Shown: positions 36,601-43,929 of the stretch, piece by piece
How the letters are laid out: every line of letters starts with the position of its first letter
How positions within the stretch are numbered: the first letter of the stretch is position 1
DNA from: Rhynchopus sp. YZ270_cl-10
Lineage: Eukaryota
DNA: 64,000 bases
Direction of reading: 5' to 3'
NCBI GenBank assembly: GCA_964035575.1
Contig: OZ037834.1
Location: 620,001 to 684,000 of the forward strand
Translations under genes and position numbers: made by a program
Notes under the pieces: generated by a model
The model's input: only the letters and a program-made list of their open reading frames with translations
What the model was told of the DNA's origin: nothing
Database searches by the model: none

Positions 36601-38439
36601 ACGACAGTTGTGCTGGGGGAGGTGTTTTTGACAGCACACGTGTGTCTGACGGAGTGCAGCACAGCTCTGTTGGGGGTGTTCCAGTACGACTTGACTGCAC
36701 CGGTGAAGGTGGAGGCGGAGGGGCTGCCGGTGCCGGTGTTTGCGGCACCGAGCCTGGGGCAGACTGTTTATTTCAACACGACCTTTGAAGACGACGAGAC
36801 AGACCTGAGCAGGTTTGTGATCTGCATTGCTGCGTCTGCAGAGGCAGCGGAAGGTGGCGCATGCACAGTGCGTCTCGACACAGAGACACCACAGTACGAA
36901 ATGCTGCTGCCAGCGACGTTCCCCGCGGGCCCCGCAGTGACGTGCATCACAGCGCACAACAAGGCAGGCCTGACGACCCAGGTCTGCAACACGACGACGG
37001 TCTCCCTGGACTCGCCCGACGTGGTGGCGAGGTTCGGGTTCGGGAGCGCACCCCTGCAGGGACGTGTGAAGCCTGGCCTTGGTGTGACGCTGAGCTCTGG
37101 GCTTGAAGAGGACACTGCGGTGCCGCTCCTGCACTGCCGCTTTACGTTGACGGTGAACGGCGGGCTTGCGGACGAGTCTGAGAAGATTGAGGCGACCATG
37201 TTCCCATTCCCGTTGGAGGTTGCTGGCGGGGATGTGCTGGGGGCAGAGGTGTGCTGCACACTTGCGAACCAGGTGTCTGCGTGCAGCACAGCGACGTCTG
37301 TCGTGCTGTCGGACGCAGAGGTGTCGGCACTGCTGTCGGAGGGGAACACCCTTGCGGACTTTGGGAGTGTGGATGTGACGCCGCCGGTGTGCAAGGACAA
37401 CTTCACACAGATGTGCTCCGAGGTCGACGGGGAGGAGGACTGCTCTAGCGAGCGTGTCTTTGTGACGGTGGGGCGCAACGCCACGGCTTCGTGGGGTGGG
37501 TGTGCGGACGCAGAGTCGGAGATGCTGTACAACTGCACGCTGTTTGTGCTGAACGACGACGGGAGCACGACCATCGCAGAGGTGGTGACGACGTCCGAGG
37601 CTGGGTCCATCTCCTTTGAGAAGAAGGCGACACCTTCGACCCGCATCACCTGCACTGCGGCCAACCGCTTTGGGCTCAACGTCACGACCTCTGCCGAGGC
37701 TGTGTGGGACTTTGCGCCACCAACGATCAACACGCGCAGCTACTCGCAGGGCTGCATCCACCTCGCCCTCGAGGACACGATCTCTGGTGTCGATGTGTCG
37801 ACGCTGTCCATGCAGGTCGGGGAGGAGGACTGGACAAGCCGTTACAACGGCAGCCACGTCTGCTGGACGACTGACGAGGTTGAGAACTCGACGATGCTGG
37901 TCAAGGTGTCGGACTTTGCACGCAACGAGGCGAGCGCCTTGGTGGCCCTGCGTGGGCCCACCTCAACCGAGACCACCTTCCACAGCATCGGTCTGTGCAG
38001 CGGGAACACCCCGACACTGTGCCCAGCACGCATGCCAGAGACAAACGAGGTGCACAGTGTTCAGTTCGTTGTCGACGGCACGCCGACACCCAAGGTCGAC
38101 TTTGACGGCTGCATGGAGAGCCGCTTCTTCGCGACCCTCTATGAGAAGCACGGTGTCAGCCACGGCTCCGACATTCAGATGCGGTGGACCAAGGTCAACT
38201 CAGACGTTCTTGTCACAGAGTACTCGTGTGTGTCTGCCACGACAGTGCGCAGTGTCCACAAGAAGGACAACGAGGACAACGTTGTGATGATTGTGCTCCT
38301 TGTTGTTGCAGTTGTGGTTCTGCTGCTTGTTGTCGTTGCGCTTCTGGTGTACACAAAGAAGCAGGGCAGCAAGAACACCACAGCCCCAGTCGGGAGTACA
38401 GAACCCTGTCGGGAGCAGATTCAACATGACGTTGTGTAA
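24610..38439 (+). CDS. Giant intronless membrane-anchored protein (~4,609 aa): signal peptide, TSP1 repeats, Hog (Hint+SRR), TM, internal signal peptide, vitellogenin/LLT-like region, MepA-like region, DxTPP Ig/FN3-like repeats, C-terminal TM
   Basis: Uninterrupted ORF (the frame is open from 24340). MLQPAAVAMGLLLSLGCVCA signal at 24610. TSP1 FSPFGACSNACGSGTMTRTRTC. Hint G|CYP...SPDH...GFVSHLT. HWWANGL. C-terminal VVMIVLLVVAVVVLLLVVVALLVY followed by KK. Confidence 0.88.
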   Translation: MLQPAAVAMGLLLSLGCVCADTAPAVVFDLEPGAAPTASSAAYCGGFLVVGRAPLLTLAAYHKTAGGWTQCGAVSSGAEMFGAKVQCLAGCEGGGARMAATSAAGVHTVAISADCVLTEVAFTAFRTAAPVTAFSAYEGAFATAHLDGHIERSLYSDVCSGTANTTDEMRQLSADSVAMVAGHVAAQSGEETVLEEVAGGVTSTRLGMSCEGLEHLLGVGLTCVDGAATWSLCGLSSGMYAASVSTSTSTSTSSDSKDVTVTVTYTAKGAELQTAKISDDVLFAGGQTLATSTPLSSPNPPAVACSTEHGGVVVVRGQVLLVFPPAQHGGLSEFSPFGACSNACGSGTMTRTRTCSNPTPMYDGNTCATADETETVACTSLPADWRITAGNCTCSGTQTQTATCLLCDGTVSTLCSEADRPPTEVACTPQTIDWLPVGEFSECTTSVQKKCGVEGVQTRSVQCGDVCTLAVTGLDECSPETQPRAVQACVGEWHEWAATEVCLEAPGATSPSSCEGVSQMVCRAACSGLTVGETHCADLEKPQLPCQRRVFGVTHTEYGICDNICGAGSQYRQAFCVDTCETTLPKTPFNLAQCGTSEAELTLRRDCTFFEGGYKADRPGTCRPTCVGRGGTQTMGCTRQCDSAPVASSFCGGASTRPCTMPANCPPINIGPTINTNGCYPRTAELLTRNGPKAAADVTSADELRTCTAQGVCTWSTMHGVHHHSHATPIDMTRLRHGAGLLVVSPDHFVYTTDGRKRAQEVALGDVLLVHEGEGEGEGEVLVASPVTDIGAETVDGFVSHLTPTSTLLIRSDAKGAWTLISEHSSYDFSAEVMDLVYLPFHFLTTFTGDIDSPQEAGLDHLHWWANGLLWCASSFGGGETDLRAAPRAPTAWEGLVVLGVFALYIVLHAAVVVCGLQVLFTAVATTRAAKKTATTTHNSSSNHMWLAALVCVLCTGATSVSGAEVTHRDHPLHSEVDYRMRIKSKTEVKHHSATTVSGGVRWADFDLTAVGESCHAVHVRSLFEGVAGSMPQQVDTAVLNKCLLHVCDEDSPAGPAFRRHSAECTAPEALEVMLMLRPLTMWYSFGNGTAKEEMQHAQGKVSQHSHTLSGTHDAHGLKTLEICTDATTHEDHGHGMVSRTCATLSREGATPATAARTAAATSTLLTRVTLTEAASKAQIHTHAHRSAAEPEEDSLAPRVRHLVTGMSDSLEAVHALMELMTHRWEEVVVVIEEEEYLSRVEHEHEDEHEDEHKQQHARHMRRVLDALALAGTVEATARLEQCIVVRCADVNVLSAVVWQGMAAHAEGEGVPSLSRALLSAVEEHASTAAGTTTTTTAAKLEEPHLIGAVIAKHSAAADQQAHADTLLAVMKGPHRAGVDVLRSLPMHTVRDHAAQFADAQCSSGGLGCGAALRVLSRDTKNAVVRDTLAHHAVTHPHPDARATALSLLHKRHDFGCREAGMLAGNVTTTTTTTTTTTTRRRGHVDEAEKKLVRLLAGARCGRTADVQESLLSFDKTFGLPLKSTEKKLGGGPIVVTMGFEYGVFAKLAADILGGFFEFEAKAVAHAFAELEVLGFTFTIFDADFRLGKFLSLSAPPLGEAIDVITALTEGEGDERESNVLAAKKKSGFETPSKTETLTEAQICAQLKTRGFEISSSCSSVKATTKDYVQAVKLFKAIVQGKRSVEEQSTTLSPKLQGFLTKSSKAMWQRASGADCLDLASGARETHLRSEAQDVVEGIAQQLCDFWRARGSGSLPRIGAASPPQGGSYPSEAKPLHGTAHRTGSDLTIEGIPRSYQAKGGAKPSVAEAMFHAEAAFWLTRDSAVSYVTYAPWEQTCMMVHILNFARSEDGVEAGELDEEAVETFFTHNFELAAVVAHESARSACAAFGDVSAYRTFERSARGEDGNWAAKVRYADGATADHYTLVLDFGKSVGIDLPFEVTQETLNRLSFEFAGQSIIDRPVISAHEASALAELSVTNDIPGKRILLARVQTCILVVFFCLELSAEATLEIGATWSVGLNLPEKQLTAGLGPNVRLLVTAQASISLVIAKVGVEIRGVVMDVTIPVTAGVDFSSFPLATSLSVPLELVPFAIEVNAFVAYIQVKIGFFYVRVSFKTHRFTILRFSAKSRQLMLFKREFPTATPEAPRAMPQVALGSSATFVEGGASSAMRTKQWPGSNTPVTKYCGRMLGADGSACGATTCSTVPTLEVPTVGCSDGWVTVEMSATGSTGRVATQAGRQMYVVQGPPVPVLDTTADVPKDADGCQYRTDAALLCVRWTESRFSANTTVAVTNSSGDVVASASGQLGRRFCIRDVARELPDGEAYNVTVTTVGVTGLSSQDSMCVRTDFRVPQVTEATATCGDDATFQTDLRRLCFSARVGNVPFGGLEAEPVFFVKLANGSLITGRGVLTPIAGGGGASGDLRFTASVVVGDTAADLPVGRNYAEATVKGKAGSSARVPLGSFFTFATQAPERVANPACVLPSGQVCVTLTEPEDFGFGPTRTLIMRLFDGETAVEAALASTSEAVTFDAQQCFSMPASHAEVGLRVGVAATQMGQVSAFTLGNVVRVTALAPKCGVYVGDATGRREVSRFASKVCFIATAEGCGVHGAQATLSDAFGATLATGPAVLGALHCLPVDAATPLDDGAEYTLAFTATGGNLKTCLTSHRFTVDLTPPANKVTHPVVVHAGNEVTVSVERVSDDTATETLTASLGEELLSVTSVQTSDAANKNNTVFTLETGNFSGNVQFFYAATDAAGNVQRESGRIVVWTPPELSAGDVVNGRYAHDAVVPQDRLTVTLLPCVRRAGATAATTAPSDKVVVTGVYGATTVLTRAAAEEAMRRCSDSGHRLVRTSATTAVEVMCEGGRVLLAVISANTTTTTTATATRRMCQDTAWGLPPVSGRGRIIGDTGYCSALVRSLPLREVLFSSPGHSDVQTVGNCIGGRTLDAVLRGDAAEETRCGTGRFGGVRGHPAVDADVLTFGGAGMVVRVSDAAGLSVDGTMSGLAVVGGGAVHNTYLAVWGVPQAVVDHDGTCPIPSRFEELQYACSLAVLDAENTSVVYHTGALLAGQHSVTVNLTDSASDGTSVVSRVTCSDGTGTYVSATSPPSVLNSQCSGEVAFTQRAYPDVASLAATVDIPAYDCVSSGGCTLEYCLGTAPFDCSVVATTQTQFAETLDFSNSTNVTQLSEDTQVFLLVRVLKDGLPTCELPVATADVDTTPPKAAVDVDCGCGASRGYACSEDENVTCTVFVSGDEPSSDAVDITLTIDGGAAEGVLFSQVGVAVVREGFFAKTYFARVATSHAQKLTVTAFVENGAGLSAKVSQSKIVDTTPAALSVAVNDVAMTAFVSDEDVSVLLVNAFAPNGWCVEWNATHDLGDVTLRARVEDAAGAALPLPGTTGAAAPEGTNTTTLCFGNESRGNGGDGDVWVGLVSLRVVSGQERTTRYRVTPDSVHPTVLVAVAGLPAEGAANSSDLCVDTTATDDHSVRSAELTVRQQGSVIVETAAVATNAQSQHCLKPLADGLYVVTLTAVDMVGLVSSVEQVMRVATAIPAFAVELGCEEGRAILEDGKTLWAHATLCVSHEAHDWVTYATEVEDADGKALPAGFTAWENAAQYTVRVVATDNYGFGLTFTSDVVSFVFAEGRTEVVHALNFTAGSSYESVHHVSAGEVCVDVSDLAPASGETLSCDVVVTPDVACEPQNADQTAAQCAGAVTTTFTAKNDTLLDVVCVALRKKDNATDSENATAIATATLPEGTLQAVAQCRGPRLSGEVAAGLLVNEVTRPLLLGVKTYDVTPDVAGQMVRVAINTVYPGSLDVTVQNSAGETVAEERNVAVDTEGTKEGAADGTRSFVAEFAEPFESGVYKVVAQFRTHGGFAVLGETSFQSVPVDHVPVIEMLSNDTENEKTVLADALSHAHAPTVRNGVLLVDTVTDESLDANYTITYLTQKDNIVRFRISSEFAVRSVGFSAGRAGPGSDVVAVTWLPLSEEGVYEAELTTVVLGEVFLTAHVCLTECSTALLGVFQYDLTAPVKVEAEGLPVPVFAAPSLGQTVYFNTTFEDDETDLSRFVICIAASAEAAEGGACTVRLDTETPQYEMLLPATFPAGPAVTCITAHNKAGLTTQVCNTTTVSLDSPDVVARFGFGSAPLQGRVKPGLGVTLSSGLEEDTAVPLLHCRFTLTVNGGLADESEKIEATMFPFPLEVAGGDVLGAEVCCTLANQVSACSTATSVVLSDAEVSALLSEGNTLADFGSVDVTPPVCKDNFTQMCSEVDGEEDCSSERVFVTVGRNATASWGGCADAESEMLYNCTLFVLNDDGSTTIAEVVTTSEAGSISFEKKATPSTRITCTAANRFGLNVTTSAEAVWDFAPPTINTRSYSQGCIHLALEDTISGVDVSTLSMQVGEEDWTSRYNGSHVCWTTDEVENSTMLVKVSDFARNEASALVALRGPTSTETTFHSIGLCSGNTPTLCPARMPETNEVHSVQFVVDGTPTPKVDFDGCMESRFFATLYEKHGVSHGSDIQMRWTKVNSDVLVTEYSCVSATTVRSVHKKDNEDNVVMIVLLVVAVVVLLLVVVALLVYTKKQGSKNTTAPVGSTEPCREQIQHDVV

Positions 38440-38470
38440 AATTGCTTGGTTTTTGTTTTTTGTGCTTTTG

Positions 38471-38536
38471 CGGGGTTCGATAACCCGCGGAGTGTCAGTG
38501 CCTGCGTCCCAGAGGCGTTTGCACTATCAACTTCAC
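38471..38536 (+). repeat. 5'-truncated copy of the 3' tail of the LINE at 55502-61937; also at 7286-7338, 12200-12240, 46290-46367, with a variant at ~17529-17622
   Basis: Near-identical to 61871-61937 (GGGGTTCGATAACCCGCGGAGTGTCAGTGCCTGCGTCCCAGAGGCGTTTGCACTATCAACTTCAC). Confidence 0.9.
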
Positions 38537-40947
38537 TTTTTGTTTTTCCAGTCCAATTTCGAGAGGGAAATATCCCGTGTTGATTGAGAGAAGAGCAAAG
38601 GAGATATTTCTATGAATTCAGTTTTTCTGTTTTGTTTTCCCCACGTTTGGGTCATTTTTTACGAGAGGCTTAGGATCATCTTATCAACTTTTCTTTCTTT
38701 ATTTGTTGTGAGGATTGTTGGCAAGCGGAGACTTCTTCGCACAACAGATGCCGCAACTCTTCACACCAATGTGTCCTTTTTTTTCGATCAAGAAAAAAAA
38801 CTGCGTGCGTTGAAATCCCATTCCAGAGTTTCTTTAAACATGACTAAACACAGAGAGGCTTAGGTTCATCTTTATTGAAAACTTTTTATTCTTTTCGTTT
38901 TTTTTCTTTTTGTTGGCGTTAACGTTCGTGCATCTGCTCCTCTTTGTGAGAAGCATTCTTTTGTACAAAAGAGCAAATCCACACAACACAACGTCACTAT
39001 GTTACAACACTCTTCGCACTGATGATCGACTCTCTCCCCATGACAGTGTCCCCTTTTTTAGCTGTCTCTCTTCCCTTTTGAGCTTTTTTTGTTTCTTGTT
39101 TTTTATTTTCAAATGTTGTGTAGCAGGAAGGATGCATTCAGATATACTTTACGTGGGGGTAGGGGGCCGAGGGGATTCTTGTCTTTTTGTACATGCTCGT
39201 TATTTGTTCTTTTTTTATTGGTTCAAATGGAGGTTTCCTCACAACCCATAATATTATGTGAAGGTGACTGGCTTAGGGTCATCTTATAAACTTTTCTTTA
39301 TCTTTCTGAGATGTGTATGCACGGTGAGGCACATCCATCTATACGATATGTGTTCGATTCAATGTTTTAATCATCAAATTGAATGCAATTGAAGGCGGCA
39401 CATAGTTTTAGCGTCTTAGTAGGGCTTGGTGATCTTACAGAAGTTGACGTGGGTTATTTACAAAAGGAGTTTTTGCAAATACACACGCCGATGCAATGGG
39501 TCACTTCCCACCCAAATAATCCTTCTCTCTTCAGGAGAAATGTGTTTGAAATGTAATTTGTGAATTTGTTGTTTTTTTTCTTCTTGCAGCGGGAGAGCAT
39601 TCGTGGTGATGAAGGAGAAATAGGCAAAAAGGGGTTAGATAGCATTATCCCCCGTTTGTTGGTTGGATTTTTTCCGAAATTTTCTCTATTTCTGTTGACT
39701 ACGTGCTTCAAAACCCTGCGCAAAAACAAAACAAAACAACAAAAGGTTTGGCATTTTTAGCATTAGTTTTTGTCTTTTTGTCTTCTTTTCTTAGGGGCTA
39801 GGGCCTCCCCCCACCCCTCCAAGAGTTGTAGTTGTATTGTCTTCAAATCTCCTCACCCCCTATAATCTGATCCATCACACCCCTTTTCTTTGAATTGCAT
39901 CCTTCCTTCTTCATCTTGCGGGTCTTTTGTTTCTTTTTGTGATCATTTTTTAGTGCCTGCGTCCCCGCCAGTGTACGGTGTGACATTTGCACTTTCAACT
40001 TCTCTTTTTTTTTTAGTTTCACGATCAACAGAAGCATTACGACACATTGTTTTTTCCTGTTTCAGCAGGGTGACTACATCAGCAACGGGGCTGAAAGTTC
40101 CTCTTTAACAAACCCCCTTTTTCCCTTCTTTTCTTTGAAACAAATGAATGAAATTCATTGATTTCCCTTTCACAGCTTCCACAACCCACAATTCTCTTTA
40201 TCCCAATATCCCCCTTTTTCTTCGAAAGCTACATAAATAGCAAAGGAAAAAAATATTGAAAACTAAATGAATTTACCCCTCTGTGTATTGTTAGGTTCCT
40301 CCTCTCTTCCACCTTGACTCCAGGCTGGGACGAACCCATATAGTCAGGGGTCTTGCTGTGTATAACAATGCCACAAGACCTAGATATGCATCACAACCAA
40401 CCTTCAGGTCAGTGCAATGACTATCATACGGTATAGCGGGCTTGAGGTTTTTTTGGTGATTTTCATCGTGTCTCGACTGTTTTGCCCCTTAAGCCCTTTA
40501 AGGAGCTCACGCAAGCGTGATGACTCCAGGCTGGGACGAACCCATATAGTCAGGGGTCTTGCTGTGTATAACATTGGCACAAGACCTAGATATGCATCAC
40601 AACCTCCCCCCCTCCTCCACACCTACACACCCACAACAATTTCTCAGAACACCCTTACACTATTCCCCTCCCCTCCTCTGAAGCATTTTTTTAAGGGGTA
40701 AACACAGAGAGGCTTAGGGTCAACCTCTCACGACTTTTTCTTCTTCTTCCTTAACCTCTTTGACTAAGCCCCACTCAGACCCTCTCATAAACTTTCCCCC
40801 CCTTTTTTTTTTGTTTTTTTACCCCACCCCCCTCCCCCCTTTTGGGCTTTCTACGGCTTTTTACGTTTTTTTTGGTGATATCACATACCTGAAATTCTAG
40901 AATTTAACTTTCAATTTTATTCTTTCTTTTTTGGGTCTTTCCGTCAA

Positions 40948-42449
40948 ATGGATGACATCAAAGTAGATGACGCCGCTCAGGTATTACGTTGGGGAGTAGC
41001 ACGGAGTCGCTTAGCATACGAAGCTAATACAGTAGCTGCAGACCGAGCTAGCCACCGTCTTCAGGTTATGGACGATGGGGTGACAGTCTCGCATGGCTTC
41101 AGCGGGGAAGCAGGAGACAGCGCTGTACAGGCACAACACCCCTTTGAGCTGCAATGCGGGGCAGGCTATTTTGAGGTGTCCGTACGCCACCTTCGGCCTC
41201 ATATTGGAGTGGTATCAGTGGGGATAGGCCATCGAGGATGTACTCCTATGAGGGCCACAAACCAACGACGGTCTTTCATATTTTATAAGTCAGATTCGGG
41301 GAAAAAGTGTTCGAATGCGCCGTTGTGCGATTCTTCGTCGTACGGAGCGAAGTATGGAACCGGGGATGTAGTAGGGTGTGGGTTTGTACGGCGAACGAGA
41401 GAGATTTTTTTTACAAGGAATGGGCAGCATTTGGGGGTGGCGTATACGCTGAACCAGGCAGACCCGTTTGTGCTGGATAGATTGTATCCTACGATCGCCA
41501 TAGAGCATGCGACTGCGACGTTTCACTTCGCGCCGCCGTTCAAATGGGATCCAACTCCAGTTGTGGAGGTAGAAATGAAGGCCTTTTTGGCAGCAGCAGC
41601 AGCCTCGCCTGCCTCCCCCAAGCCAGAAGCGGTATGTGGCAACACCCTTTGTGCTCCTCACCCCCCTCACGACGGGACCCAGTGACAAGTGACAAGTGAA
41701 ATCACATGTCATTTCACTTGTCACTTGTCACTCAAAAAAGTCGCTTGTCATGACAAGTGATTTACTTGTCATTTTCACTTGTCACTGGGTCCCGTCGTGC
41801 TCCCTCCCTCCCTCCTTCATCCACCCACCCCCTCCCACAGATGTCCGACCTCGTCATCGCGTACCTCCTCCACTACGGCCACTACCAGACTGCCGATGCG
41901 CTCCGTACTGCCACTGCCGCCACTGCCGGCCGCGATGCGATGAAACCGGTGCTCCTGCCGCAGAAGGACGCGACGTGGCAGGGGGAGGTGGACGGTACAC
42001 AGACGCTTATACGGCAGGCCCTGCGCACCGCAATCCTGAAGGGCAAGATGAGCGACGCCTTGGCTCTGGTTGAGAAGCACTTCCCGGATGCGACGGCGGC
42101 GGTGGCGCCGTTGCTGCTGAGCCAGCTGCTGGTTGAGTTCATGCGTGTAGGCGACACAGCAGGAGCCTTAGAGGCTGCAGCAGACGAACGATGTACGACA
42201 GACGACGGCGAGGTACACCCCTTAGTGGCAGAGGCCATGGGGCTGCTCGCGTACACGGCACCAGAAGAGTCGCCTCTCGCGCATCTGTTTGATGTATCGC
42301 AAGCACGACGCGTGGCAGAAGCAGTCAACGCCACACTGCTGTCGCACCTCGGATACCCACCACAGACAACATTAGACCTCATGATGAAGCACACCCTCTC
42401 ACTTCCAAGAATTGCGAGAATGGGGAACTCTCCGCTCTGTTTGAAGTGA
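40948..42449 (+). CDS. RanBP9/10-like (SPRY-LisH-CTLH-CRA) CTLH/GID complex subunit. Exons 40948-41631 and 41841-42449
   Basis: SPRY: YFEV, YGAKYGTGDVVGCG, IFFTRNGQHLG, LYPTI. LisH: LVIAYLLHYGHYQTA. CTLH: RQALRTAILKGKMSDAL. CRA: GLLAYTAPEESPLAHL...VAEAVN. Phase-0 GTATGT..CAG intron. Confidence 0.9.
41668..41799. mobile_element. Small MITE with CAC termini, in the RanBP9-like intron
   Basis: TIR CACGACGGGACCCAGTGACAAGTGA and TCACTTGTCACTGGGTCCCGTCGTG. Internal TGACAAGTGA repeats in both orientations. Confidence 0.8.
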
Positions 42450-42589
42450 AGAGGAGAGGAGGAGGGGAAGGAGCAGGGAGGTCTATGTGTGATATTCTGG
42501 CGTGCTCAGTTCTATGAGGGGGTGCGGGGGAGGGGGAAGCTGGTCGAAAATTTAGAGAGTGGTCTTCGGGTTTCGCCCATAACGAAAGG

Positions 42590-42900
42590 CCTCTGGCGCA
42601 TCTGTTTGATGTATCGCAAGCACGACGCGTGGCAGAAGCAGTCAACGCCACACTGCTGTCGCACCTCGGATACCCCCCACAGACGACATTAGACCTCATG
42701 ATGAAGCACACCCTCTCACTTCCAAGAATTGCGAGAATGGGGAACTCCCCGCTTTGTTTGAAGTGAAGAGGAGGAGGAGGAGGTCTCTGTGATATTTTGG
42801 AGTGCTCAGTTCGTCTAAACGTATGGAGGGGTGCGGGGGAGGAGGGGAGGGGAAAGCTGGACGAAAATTTAGACGGTGTTCGGGTTTCGCCAACGAAAAA
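42590..42900 (+). repeat. Tandem duplication of the 3' end and UTR of the RanBP9-like gene
   Basis: Near-identical to ~42272-42590 over the coding part, including the final codons and the TGA; the UTR part is more diverged. Confidence 0.85.
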
Positions 42901-43929
42901 AAGGTAATAAAAAGCTAGCATAAAGGGGGTCCGCTGTTCGCAGTTGTGCCATTATTAGGGGGTTTTTGAGGTGAGGTGTTTTGGGGAGGGAGGGGGGAAA
43001 ACCGCACGGTGTGGTAGTCGAAGCCGTGCGGGTAGGTCATGGAAGTATAGAAAACCTAACAAAAAAAATGTATTATTTATCCAGTACCTTACGTCCGCCG
43101 GTGTATAGGTGAGCCGTTTGCACTTTTTCGACTTCTCTTTTATCCCTCTATGGTCTAACCTCTGTGTTGTGCCTGCGTCCGCAGAAAACGATTTATTTTT
43201 TTGCACTGTTTTTCAACTTCATTTTCTTTGCCTTTCGCAGCCGTCGTTTCTTTCGCCACTCTTTTGCTTTTTTAACAATACCATTTCGCTCTGCATGGGT
43301 CTAGATTGCTCTCCCCCCCTCTCTGCCCCATTTAGTTTTGTCACCTCATGAAATGAAGGAGCAAATAGAAACAACGCACTTTGAACACACTTTTGCGGTT
43401 CTAGGGACGAACCGCGCTGCAGAGCCCACTCCTCATCAAACAGGTCGAGGTGTTGTGCGTTTCACTACAAACCTCTCCCATGGGTTTTATCGTGTGATGA
43501 GTGATCAGTTTCTGTTTCAAAATAAACCCCCCTAATGTTCCTCCCATCGTAAAGTCACCTCACAGACGACCCTCAGTGCACCTTCTCACGTGAGAGGGCT
43601 TCTCCTCAACACCTACACACAGTTTTTTTTTTGTCCTGAGGGGAACACCTCTCCCCCTCACTACACTAAGGGTCATTATTCTGTGCAAGAATTACCCCCC
43701 TATTAGTTATCAAAACACACACATACGCACATCTTCGTGGGTCACTCTAACTCTGTTATAAGACACACACTGCATAGCACACTACCAGGGCCATATTCTG
43801 CGCAAGAAGTACCCCTCACTACGCATCAAACACCACACCCACCAGACCATACCCCCTCCCATGGTACATCGTGCCTGAACTAATAGAATTTCACTTCTAT
43901 TTGCAAAAAAAATAAAATAACCCCTATCA

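Noticed and set aside
25071..37857. Long antisense ORFs (979, 887, 660 aa and others) opposite the giant gene
   Set aside because: They are shadows of a GC-rich, codon-biased sense ORF and show no recognisable motifs.
40314..40605. Local ~85-bp direct duplication upstream of the RanBP9-like gene
   Set aside because: It is real, but it has no TSD, ORF or structure suggesting function.
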